From positions 32,144 through 96,143 of the forward strand of contig JBDHIS010000004.1 in NCBI GenBank assembly GCA_039587315.1: a stretch of DNA of 64,000 nucleotides, read 5' to 3'. This document shows, one piece after another, positions 32,540 through 41,500 of this stretch. The DNA comes from Gemmatimonadota bacterium (GTDB taxonomy: Bacteria > Gemmatimonadota > Gemmatimonadetes > Gemmatimonadales > GWC2-71-9). The notes beneath the pieces are model-generated. The model worked only from the letters and a program-made list of their open reading frames with translations. It had not been told where the DNA came from and did no database searches. Position 1 is the stretch's first letter. The number at the start of each line of letters is the position of its first letter. Position numbers and translations under genes: made by a program.

Positions 32540-33195
32540 GCGAGCAGCAAATCCGGGTCCTCGTTGCGGATGATCACGCGGTCGTGCGGGAGGGCATCCG
32601 CACTGTGCTGGCTTCCCAGCAGGACCTCGATGTCGTGGGTGAGGCCGCCGACGGCGCGGAAGCCATGGTGCTGGCCGAGCAGCACGAGCCGGACGTGGTG
32701 GTCCTGGACATCACGATGCCCGGAGAGTCAGGCCTTCAGGTCACGGCCCGACTGCGCCAGAAGCTCCCCGCTGCACGCGTGCTGATCCTCAGCATGCACG
32801 ATCGAACCGAGTACGTGCTCGAAGCGGTTCGGGCGGGAGCGAGCGGCTACCTGCTCAAGGACGCGAGCCCCGGGGAGGTTCGAGAGGCGGTGCGCACGGT
32901 ACATCGGGGCGAGACGTACTTCTGCCAGGCGGTGCTGGAACGGATCGGCGCTGCGCTCCGGGGTGACCTCGAGCGGGAGGAGAAGCGTGGTACGCTCGAG
33001 CTCCTGACGCCGCGCGAGCGAGAGGTGCTCGCCCTCATCGTAGACGGTTGCACCAACAAGGAGGCGGCCGCTGCGCTCGGGATCAGCCCGCGGACCGTAG
33101 AGACCCATCGCGAGAGCATCATGCGAAAACTGAGAATACGGACAGTGGCGGGCCTCACCCGCTTCGCGCTGGAGTCCGGCCTCACAAGTGATTAG
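32536..33195 (+). CDS. NarL/LuxR-family response regulator
   Basis: VLVADDH, DVVVLDITMPG, GASGYLLK, LTPREREVL..GCTNKEAAAALGISPRTVETHR; GTGA overlap with the kinase gene. Confidence 0.96.
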   Translation: MSEQQIRVLVADDHAVVREGIRTVLASQQDLDVVGEAADGAEAMVLAEQHEPDVVVLDITMPGESGLQVTARLRQKLPAARVLILSMHDRTEYVLEAVRAGASGYLLKDASPGEVREAVRTVHRGETYFCQAVLERIGAALRGDLEREEKRGTLELLTPREREVLALIVDGCTNKEAAAALGISPRTVETHRESIMRKLRIRTVAGLTRFALESGLTSD

Positions 33196-33226
33196 GGCTC
33201 ACCAAGTTACGCGATCTCAGTATTTC

Positions 33227-33247
33227 TACGGAGGGGTTCTCTCCGTA
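33227..33247. promoter_or_regulatory. 7-7-7 inverted repeat, putative regulator binding site
   Basis: TACGGAG-gggttct-CTCCGTA, 35 nt upstream of an AATAAT -10-like hexamer (33282-33287) that lacks a good -35. Confidence 0.4.
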
Positions 33248-33292
33248 CTACTCCGAATACCGCGGCGGGGCCGAATGGCCTAATAATCAATC

Positions 33293-33396
33293 GCGGCGAC
33301 CGGGGTGGTAACCACCCCCCCCTTTCCCTATCACTTCGGTCTACGCTTATCTAGACGAAGAAGGCCGTCCTCCTGCTGGAGGGCGGCCTTTCTTCT
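33293..33396 (+). ncRNA. Candidate small RNA
   Basis: ORF-free unit after a -10 box: hairpin GGGGTGG-taa-CCACCCC, C/U-rich linker, hairpin GTCTA/TAGAC, then a terminator. Confidence 0.35.
33357..33396. terminator. Bidirectional intrinsic terminator
   Basis: GAAG-AAGGCCGTCCTCC-tgct-GGAGGGCGGCCTT-TCTTCT. Confidence 0.75.
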
Positions 33397-33471
33397 CATC
33401 AAGGAACGGTCCGTCTTCCCGCTCCGTTATCCCAGTTGGCGGTGCTCATGCATTGGCCGCCGCTTCGCCGC

Positions 33472-33894
33472 TCAGCGCAGGAAGATCAGGTTGCTGCCCA
33501 AGAGGCGGTTGGTTGCGCTGAGGACCGCCCTGACGGCGGCTGCGGCGGATTCGCCTTCGATGACCGTCGAGCCCACGACGCGTTGGGAGTGATCGCTGAA
33601 GCGCGATGCCAATGAGACGACCACCACTATCGTGTCGAAGGCCTTTATCGTCGTGATCCCCTGGAGCTCCAGCGTGACCCGGTTGTCCACCGCCGCCTCG
33701 AGCGCGCGGGAGGTGGCCTCTGCGGCGCATCGGAGCAGGCCGATCTCCGACGTCACACCCTCCGCTGCGCCCGTGAACCGGGGTCCCTCGGCCTCCCACG
33801 CCAATTGCACGGTGGCCGTGCAGCGGCCGTTGGGCAGCTCGTCGAGCTCCAGGCCCTCGAACCGAATGCGGGCGTCGGGGTCGTTATCTGGCAA
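33472..33894 (-). CDS. Hypothetical protein, possibly LeuA regulatory-domain-like fold
   Basis: TTG start; two similar beta-beta-alpha halves (FTGAAEG..LRCAAEATSRAL; VGSTVIEG..AAAAVRAVLSATNR). Confidence 0.65.
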   Translation of the reverse strand: MPDNDPDARIRFEGLELDELPNGRCTATVQLAWEAEGPRFTGAAEGVTSEIGLLRCAAEATSRALEAAVDNRVTLELQGITTIKAFDTIVVVVSLASRFSDHSQRVVGSTVIEGESAAAAVRAVLSATNRLLGSNLIFLR

Positions 33895-33990
33895 AGCGGC
33901 AGATCACCGAGTGAGGTCCATGGTGGACCCAAGATATCACCTCGGGGGGCGGCCCGGAACACGGAGTTCCGCTGGCTCCACCGAGGCCCG

Positions 33991-34572
33991 TCACGCGGCC
34001 GCCGGCGGCTTCCCGACCCAATACGTGAGTGCCACGAGGTCGTACAGCGCGTGCACGAGGACGGGCGCCAGCAGGTTCCCCGAGTAGAGCGCCAGGGCGC
34101 CCAGGTACAGCCCCAGAAGCCCGGCGAGGGCCGCGTAGGTGGGCGTGATGAGGTGCACCAGTCCGAACAGCAAGCTGGTCGCGAGTAGGCCGATGGCCGG
34201 TCCCGACCAACCGATCAGCGCTTCCTGAACTACCCCCCGGAACAGGACTTCCTCACCAAGGCCCGCGGCCACGGCCACCACTGCCAACTGGACGGGAGTG
34301 CTGCCTGCGAAGAGCGGAGCGACCGTATGCTCGATCTCACGGTTGAGTCGCGTAATCGGCGCCCACGTCGTGCGGAGGAGCCACCACATGAGGAGAAGTG
34401 GGGGCACGGTTGCCAGGACACCCAACCCGGCCGCCCGCCACGTGACTCGCAGCGTGGCCAAGGCGGGTGTGTCAAGCAGCCATCCGAGGCCGAGGGCCAC
34501 GACGAACAGGCCACCCTCGAACGCTATGGCGAGCGGAACGATCGTGCGCAATGCGCCGCGAGGTTCGGACAC
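33991..34572 (-). CDS. CPBP (CAAX/Abi) intramembrane glutamic endopeptidase
   Basis: GLGEEVLFRG, LLFGLVH, PVLVHALYD; GTG 34572. Confidence 0.92.
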   Translation of the reverse strand: MSEPRGALRTIVPLAIAFEGGLFVVALGLGWLLDTPALATLRVTWRAAGLGVLATVPPLLLMWWLLRTTWAPITRLNREIEHTVAPLFAGSTPVQLAVVAVAAGLGEEVLFRGVVQEALIGWSGPAIGLLATSLLFGLVHLITPTYAALAGLLGLYLGALALYSGNLLAPVLVHALYDLVALTYWVGKPPAAA

Positions 34573-34674
34573 CCATCCAGGGTATCGCCCTCCGGTCCGG
34601 TACGGAAGCACGCGGGCTTGCGGGTAGCGAGACCAGGCAAGAGACTGTGAGGGTCACCATCGGGGAGCAGGCGC

Positions 34675-35751
34675 GTGCGGGCTATTGTGATAGCGGTGTT
34701 TCTGGCGGCGACGCCCCTGTTCGAGGCGGCGGCTCAGCAGGGTGCGGCCGACTCCGCCGGGGCCGTGGCCGCCGCGCCTCTGTTCCTGGGAGACGAGGTT
34801 CTGGAGCTTCGTCTGGACGCGCCGTTCTCGACCATCTTTCGGGAGCGCGGAGAGCGGCGAACCTATCGGGACGCTGTGCTGCAGGTTCAAGGGCCCGCGG
34901 CAGACGCACTCGCGGTCCACGTCCAGGTGCGCACGCGCGGCAACTTCCGGGCCGATCCGGAGAACTGTGACTTCCCACCGCTGCGCGTCAACCTCCCCCG
35001 GGATTCGCTCGAGGGTACCGTGCTCGAGGGGCTGGATCGACTCTGGGTCACGACGCACTGCAGGGACCGCGACCCACTCTATGAGCAGCTGGTGCTGCGC
35101 GAGTACTTCGCGTATCGCGTCTACAACCTCTTGACCGATATCAGCGTGCGAGTGCGGCTCGTGCGCATCACATACGTGGATAGCGACGGCCGGCGGGACC
35201 CTGTCACGCGGTATGCCTTCATCGCGGAGGACTACAACGACACGGCCGGCCGGCATGGCTGGGAGGTGCTCCGAGTGAGAGGAGTGCTGCCCAACCAATA
35301 CGAGCAGGACCAGCTCAGCCTCTACGAGGTCTACCAGTACATGATCGGCAACACGGACTGGGCCGTAGTCAGACCACGGCGAGGGGAGGAATGGTGCTGC
35401 CACAACAGCATCCCAGTGGGCACGTTCGTGGGTCCCGTGCTCCCGCTTCCCTTCGATTTCGATTGGTCGGGCCTGGTGAACGCGCCCTACGCGCGCCCCA
35501 ACGAGCGGCTGGGCATCCGCTCGGTACGCGAGCGCAGGTTCTGGGGGATCTGCCGACCCCGCGAGGAGCTGGAAGCCGCCTTTCCCATCTTCAACGAACG
35601 ACGCCAAGACATCTACGATCTGTTCCGCAACCAACAGGACCTGGATCCGCGTTACCTAGAGGAGACCGTCGAGTACCTCGACGAGTTCTACGACGTCATC
35701 AACGATCCTGACGAGGTCACCCGAGAGATGATGCGCGAGTGCCGCTCGTGA
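34675..35751 (+). CDS. Secreted CotH-like atypical kinase-fold protein (paralog A)
   Basis: Signal peptide; RTRGNFR, CDFPPLR, THC, EYFAYRVYN, YMIGNTDW, CCHN, PFDFD, matching the order of CotH RG / NxD / HN / PWDxD motifs. Confidence 0.7.
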   Translation: MRAIVIAVFLAATPLFEAAAQQGAADSAGAVAAAPLFLGDEVLELRLDAPFSTIFRERGERRTYRDAVLQVQGPAADALAVHVQVRTRGNFRADPENCDFPPLRVNLPRDSLEGTVLEGLDRLWVTTHCRDRDPLYEQLVLREYFAYRVYNLLTDISVRVRLVRITYVDSDGRRDPVTRYAFIAEDYNDTAGRHGWEVLRVRGVLPNQYEQDQLSLYEVYQYMIGNTDWAVVRPRRGEEWCCHNSIPVGTFVGPVLPLPFDFDWSGLVNAPYARPNERLGIRSVRERRFWGICRPREELEAAFPIFNERRQDIYDLFRNQQDLDPRYLEETVEYLDEFYDVINDPDEVTREMMRECRS

Positions 35752-36839
35752 GCCTGGTTCCGCCTCTGGCGCGTGTCGTTCTGATCTTGACGGTGCTCCC
35801 GGTGGCTGTGGCGGGAGCGCAGCTTCCGGCCGCTGCCGCACCGGAAGGCGCTGCCCCCCGCCCGCTGTTTGCGTCCGACGACGTGGTCTCCCTGACCGTG
35901 GAGCTGCCGCTTCGCCTGCTGCGCGGCGACCGCGGGCAGGACAGTCCCGAGCGCCCGGCCGTAGCCGTGTTCCCGGGTCCTGAAGGCCAACTCGTTCGGG
36001 TAGACGTGCAAGTTCGCACCCGCGGACGGTTCCGGCTCCAACGCCAGATATGCGACTTTCCGCCGCTTCGCCTGGACTTCCCGCGCGGCGAGGTGCAGAA
36101 CACCGTGTTCGAAGGGCAGGGCAAGCTGAAGCTCGTCACCCACTGTCGCGACCGGGACCTGGCTTACCAGCAATACGTGTTGCAGGAGTACCTCGCCTAC
36201 CGCCTCTACAACATCCTCACGGAGGCGAGCTATAGGGTGCGTCTCGCTTGGATCACTTACGTTGACAGCGAAGGCCGCAGGGATCCCATGTCACGCTTTG
36301 CGTTCTTCATCGAGGATGCCGAGGACATGGCGGCGCGCACCGGATGGGACCTTCTCGAGGTGCGGAATGTTCACCCGTACGACTATCGGGCGAGCCAACT
36401 GCGGATGTTGGAGGTCTTCCACTACATGATCGGAAACACCGATTGGTCCGTGGTGGCGCCCGAGCGAGGCAAGGATTACTGCTGCCACAACGGAAGGGTG
36501 ATCGGAAACTTGCAGGGCGTGGCGTTGCCGGTGCCGTACGACTTTGACCTGGCGGGGGTGGTCGATGCCCGCTACGCGCGGCCCGCCCCGGATCTCCCCA
36601 TCCGTTACGTGCGCGAGCGGCTGTTCCGCGGGTTCTGCTCGTCGCGGGAGGAGGTGGAGGCCGCTTTCGGACCCTACCAGCAGTTGCGGCCGGCCATCTA
36701 CGACCTGTATCGGAGCCAGGTCGGACTGGATTCGGCGCAGCTTCGGATCACGACCGAGTACTTCGACGAGTTCTATTCAGTGATCGCCGACTCCGCCCAG
36801 GTGACGACCGAGTTCATGGAGAACTGCATCCCGCTCTGA
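35748..36839 (+). CDS. Secreted CotH-like atypical kinase-fold protein (paralog B)
   Basis: GTGA overlap with paralog A; signal peptide; RTRGRFR, CDFPPLR, KLKLVTHC, EYLAYRLYN, YMIGNTDW, CCHN, PYDFD. Confidence 0.72.
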   Translation: MSLVPPLARVVLILTVLPVAVAGAQLPAAAAPEGAAPRPLFASDDVVSLTVELPLRLLRGDRGQDSPERPAVAVFPGPEGQLVRVDVQVRTRGRFRLQRQICDFPPLRLDFPRGEVQNTVFEGQGKLKLVTHCRDRDLAYQQYVLQEYLAYRLYNILTEASYRVRLAWITYVDSEGRRDPMSRFAFFIEDAEDMAARTGWDLLEVRNVHPYDYRASQLRMLEVFHYMIGNTDWSVVAPERGKDYCCHNGRVIGNLQGVALPVPYDFDLAGVVDARYARPAPDLPIRYVRERLFRGFCSSREEVEAAFGPYQQLRPAIYDLYRSQVGLDSAQLRITTEYFDEFYSVIADSAQVTTEFMENCIPL

Positions 36840-36844
36840 CGAGA

Positions 36845-36879
36845 GAAGGGCGACACCCGCAAGACGGGAGTCGCCCTTC
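36845..36879. terminator. Hairpin between convergent genes
   Basis: GAAGGGCGAC-A-CCCG-caaga-CGGG-A-GTCGCCCTTC. Confidence 0.6.
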
Positions 36880-36902
36880 GCAAGCAGATGCCTGGGGGTG
36901 CC

Positions 36903-37670
36903 TCAGTTCCGGCCCGCTGCCAACTCCAGGCCTTCCCGGTTGCTGATAGTGATGGTGCGGCGGGACACCTCGACCATGTCTCCACTCCCGGAGCTGCGGC
37001 CGGCCCGGGCCGCCTTGCGGCGGTTGGGAATGGAAGCGGTCTGGCGGGTCACCGCGACGAGTCCCTGGTTCATGAGGTCACCCATCGCGCGCGACACGGT
37101 TTCCCGGCTGGAGCCCACCATCTGCGCGATCAGGTGGTGAGTGAGCTGCTGTGAGATGTGGACACCGTCGTTCTGGTCGGCCATATCCAGCAGCAGGCCC
37201 GCTACGCGGGCGGGCACGTCCTGCAGCACCAGGCTCGAGATCTTGTTGTCGGCTTGCCGCAGCCGCTTGCAGAATGCGCGCAGCAGGCCGAACGCCACCA
37301 TCGGCATCTCTTCGAGGCAGCGCTGGAAGTCCTCCCTGTGCAGGACCAACAACTCGGAGTCCTCCATCGCGATGACGTTCGCCGAGAGCGGCTGGTCGTC
37401 GATCAGCGACATCTCTCCGAAGAAGTCGCCCTTGCTCCGCGTGGACAGGATCACCTCGCGGCCGTCCTCGGCCGTGAGCACGATCTTGACCTGTCCGGTG
37501 ATGACCACGTACAGGGCCTCTCCCGGTCGGTCCTCGAACGCGATGATACTGTTCTTGGCGAAGCTCCGTGTGTGTGCGGCCTGCGCGATCCGCTGGAGGT
37601 CGCCGTCACGCACCTGCGTGAACAGCGGTACATCCCTGAGGGCATCGGCGACTTGAGCAGTCTCGGTCAT
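36903..37670 (-). CDS. Crp/Fnr-family transcriptional regulator
   Basis: cNMP domain (LYVVITGQVKI, GDFFGEMSLID..PLSANVIA), C-helix, HTH LTHHLIAQMVGSSRETVSR; ATG 37670. Confidence 0.93.
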   Translation of the reverse strand: MTETAQVADALRDVPLFTQVRDGDLQRIAQAAHTRSFAKNSIIAFEDRPGEALYVVITGQVKIVLTAEDGREVILSTRSKGDFFGEMSLIDDQPLSANVIAMEDSELLVLHREDFQRCLEEMPMVAFGLLRAFCKRLRQADNKISSLVLQDVPARVAGLLLDMADQNDGVHISQQLTHHLIAQMVGSSRETVSRAMGDLMNQGLVAVTRQTASIPNRRKAARAGRSSGSGDMVEVSRRTITISNREGLELAAGRN

Positions 37671-37720
37671 TTTTGGCTCGGCTGGATTCGGCACAAGCTT
37701 AAGGCAGGCCGCCCGGCCCG

Positions 37721-37990
37721 TCAATCTTCTTTAGACTCTGTGGTCTTCTCCACGACGATCGTGAAGTTCGCCGCGAGGGCAGCGATGGCGCCGACCGCGG
37801 CCCAGATCGGAGCAAACGCAGCCCCCACCAGGCCCCACGTGAGGGGAATCTCGATGAGTGTCTGCCCCTCGTCGTTCCGAATGATGACGCGGCGAATGTT
37901 GCCCTGGCGGATGAGCTCCTTGATCTTGGCGAGGAGGCCCTCGCCTGCGACCTGATACTCCTCCGTTTGGACGTCTTCCTGATCCGTCAT
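37721..37990 (-). CDS. DUF4342 domain protein
   Basis: KIKELIRQGNIRRVII..TLIEIPLT.G..GA..AP.WAAVGAIAAL..FTIVVEK. Confidence 0.88.
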   Translation of the reverse strand: MTDQEDVQTEEYQVAGEGLLAKIKELIRQGNIRRVIIRNDEGQTLIEIPLTWGLVGAAFAPIWAAVGAIAALAANFTIVVEKTTESKED

Positions 37991-38077
37991 GCTCGCCCCC
38001 TGTTCTCTCCCCGCAATCTCGACATCCTGCGCTCCCCGTACAATAATGTGACGGGCGCCGAGAAGGGGAGTGGCCGG

Positions 38078-38518
38078 ATGAGCGAGATCAAGATCAAGCT
38101 GACGGGCTGGAAGGCCCTAGTGGCGCTCGTCGTCGTGGCGGGCTTCCTCGGGTACAGGTATTACGCACTGCACACCACTGTTGCCACCGAGGCGGCCGAC
38201 GAGCTGCGCTTCTGGCTGGCTGCCGAGTACATCGCCGCGGGGTTGCCGGCCCTGGAGGAGGCCGTGGAGAGCGGGGACGCCGTGGCCGCCGAGCTGCAGG
38301 CCCAGGAGATCCTGGCGCGGGAGCGGATCGAATTCACCGAGATCTCCGCGCGGGGGAGCGCCGATGATGTCGTCGTCCGGGTAGAGCTCCTGGTGGACGG
38401 GCGGGCCCCGCCCGTCGGCAAGCCGGTGCGGTTCTTTCGGATGAAGCACTCGATGGTGACCGGCTGGCGCATGCAGCGGGAGGTGCACGCGATCTCGTAC
38501 TACCTGAGGTTCATCTAG
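38078..38518 (+). CDS. Hypothetical protein with N-terminal TM anchor
   Basis: GGGAG RBS, ATG 38078, one TM helix; candidate promoter TCGACA-17-AATAAT at 38019-38047. Confidence 0.72.
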   Translation: MSEIKIKLTGWKALVALVVVAGFLGYRYYALHTTVATEAADELRFWLAAEYIAAGLPALEEAVESGDAVAAELQAQEILARERIEFTEISARGSADDVVVRVELLVDGRAPPVGKPVRFFRMKHSMVTGWRMQREVHAISYYLRFI

Positions 38519-38522
38519 CTCG

Positions 38523-38545
38523 ACGGGCCCCTTCGCGGGGCCCGT
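38523..38545. terminator. Hairpin between convergent genes
   Basis: ACGGGCCCC-ttcgc-GGGGCCCGT. Confidence 0.55.
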
Positions 38546-38546
38546 T

Positions 38547-41500
38547 CTACTTGCAGGGCAGAAACCGGACGGTGGTCTCCATCTCCTCCAGCACCTGAGC
38601 GAGCGCCGACACAGTGTCGTCTATGTCCTGTTCGGTCGTTTCGGCGGAGAGGGAAAACCGCACGGAACAGTGCACGTCATCAGCGTCGCGCCCCATGGCG
38701 AGCAGCACGTGGGTCGGCTCGGGCGAGCCCGACTTGCAGGCCGATCCCGATGACAGCGAGATGCCGTGTTGATCGAGGGCGACCACGACTGACTCACCTC
38801 GTAGGCCGGGCAGCGTGAGATTGAGCGTGTTGGGGAGGCGCCGCTCCCGCTCGCCGTTCAGCGTCGCGTCGGGGATCAGCCCCCGGACTCCTGACTCGAG
38901 CCTGTCTCGCAACTGCCGCATCTGGCCGGTGTCCTGTGCCGCCTGGAGCGCCAGCTCGGCTGCCTTGCCCAACCCTACTATGGCCGGGACGTTCTCCGTC
39001 CCCGCGCGCAGTCCACCTTCCTGTTTGCCGCCGTGGATCAGCGGGTCCAGCTTCACGCCGCGGCGTGCGTACAGCACCCCAACCCCCTTTGGTCCGTGGA
39101 ACTTGTGCCCGGACAGGGTGAGGAGGTCGACGCCGAGGCTCTCGACGTCGATCGGGACCTTCCCGGCTGCCTGCACCGCGTCGGTGTGGAACAGTACGCC
39201 GTGTTCGTGTGCCACAGCACACAGGTCGGCGATAGGCTGGACGGTCCCTACCTCGTTGTTGGCCATCATCACGGAAACCAGGGTCGTCTCGGCGGTGAGT
39301 GCTCCACGCAACGCATCCGGGTGCACGAGCCCGTACTCGTCCACGTTCAGGTAGGTGACGCGGAATCCGACCCGTTCCAGGAAACGGCAGGTCTCGAGAA
39401 CCGCCGGGTGCTCGATGGTGCTCGTGATGATGTGGTTGCCCTTCTCCCTCTGTGCGAATGCCACGCCCTTCAGGGCCTGGTTGTCGGCCTCCGACCCGCC
39501 TCCGGTGAATGTCATGCGCCGCGGGCGGGCGTTGATGAGTCGTCCAACCTGGCGCCGCGCGTTCTCCACGGCATCGCGCGCGTCGCGGCCCACTCCGTGG
39601 ATGCTCGACGGGTTGCCGTGGGTGGCGTCCAGGAAAGGCAGCATCGCTTCGCGCACCGCGTCGGCGACGCGAGTCGTGGCATTGTTGTCGAGGTATATGC
39701 TCCGCTGCGGCGTCCTGATCATGGGCACGCTAAGCGTCACGGGGCCGCATGCCTCGGCGGCGAGAGCCGCCGTCCGCCGAGTGGCGGCGGTGCCGGCTTC
39801 CACCTTGACCACCTCGCACAGCAATGCCTTGTAGACGGGAAAGCCCGACACCTCGTCGTAGTTACCCAGGTCCGTGAGCTCGTTCACGTTCCATTCTTGC
39901 CAGGCCTTCGATCCTACCGGCGTGCCGCCGCCCATGTTGCATTCGACCGCGCCGCGCACGATGTCGTCGGTGACGCGCGCCCTGAACGGCACCGATCCCC
40001 GCGGAGTGTGCACCTCGACGAGATCGCCGGTGCTTATGTCGCGCGCTGCCGCGTCCGCCGCGTTGATCTCCACCGTCGGCTCCGGGTTGTCCTTTGCCAA
40101 CCCGTCGATACCGTGGTGCTGGGACCGAAAATCGGTGTGCGGTCGCGCGCCGGAGTTGAACACGAGCGGGAACCGATCAGCCAGGTCGGGACGCGCGACG
40201 GGACCCTCCGTGGGCTCGGTGTACTTGGGCAGCGGCTCGTACCCGTACTCCTCGAGAGTCGTCGACCAGATCTCGAACTTTCCTGTCGGCGTCTCGAACC
40301 CCGGCTCGCCGTCCGTCCGCAGCCCTCCCTTCTCCCACTTCTTGAACTCCATCATCGACGTTGGGAGCTTCACCCAGCCACCGGCCGCACGCACACTCTC
40401 CGGAGTGTGGCCCGAGCCCTCGAGCGCAAACCGCACCAGCTCTTCCTCTGTCTGAGGATAGAGGTGCCCGTATCCCAGCCGGCGGGCCAGCTCCGCCATG
40501 ATCAGATAATCGTTGCGTGCCTCGCCCACGGGCTCGACGAGCTTCTCGCGCAAGCGGAATATCGGGCCGTACACCATGTAGGAGTCGATCTCGAACATGG
40601 TCGTTGCCGGAAGCACGATGTCCGCCCACGCTGCGTCGGCGGTGAGCTGCCTGTCCACGCACACGAGAAAGTCGAGCTTGCTCAGCGTCTCACGCCACAC
40701 CGCCGTTTCGGGCCACGATGTGAGGAGCGAGGCGCCGTGGACGACGAGACCCCGAATGCGATACGGGTCTCCCTCCAACACCGACTTGACCAGGCCACTG
40801 GCGTGGGACTCGCCCCGGAAATCCGAGTATACCGGGAAGGTCTCGCGCGCCACCGCCCGGTCGAGGTCCGGATTCTCCTGGTTGCAGGAGCGGTTGATCG
40901 GGAAGTGCGAGTCGAGCATCGCGAGACCGATTCCGCCCGGCACGTCGAGCTGGCCGGCCAGCGCGAACAGCGTGAATACGGCCCGGATCGCCTGGATGCC
41001 GCTGTTGGAGTACTCGAGACCCGTGTATATGACCGGGCAGGCACCGGTGGCGCTGCAGATGCGGCGCGCGAGGTCGCGGATCGTATCGGCCGGCACACCG
41101 GTGATCGATTCGGCTACCTCCGGCCGGAAGTGTTGCACATACGTAGCCAACTCATCGAAACCGTGGCACCACTGTTCGGCGAAGGCCTCGTCGAACAGCT
41201 CCTCGTCGATCATCACCTCGATCATGCTGAGCGCCAGCGCCGCGTCAGTCCCGGGCCGGATAGGGATCCATTGGGCGCCGGTACGGGTCGCGGTCTCGGT
41301 GCGGCGCGGGTCTATCACCACGATGTCGGCGCCCCGCTTGGCGGCGGCCTCCAGCCGGTGCATGTCCAGCGGCGGGGAGTCCGTGGCGGGATTGGCGCCC
41401 CACACGACGAGCATCTCCGCGTTCTCCATGTCCGTGAACATGTTGACCAGCATCCGCCCCAGCGTCACCGACGGCGCGATCATCGCAAACGACACGTAGC

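Noticed and set aside
34675-35751. Calling CotH-like paralog A a pseudokinase because of the K-to-W change
   Set aside because: CotH-type kinases do not necessarily use a Lys at that position, so the change is not diagnostic without a structural alignment.
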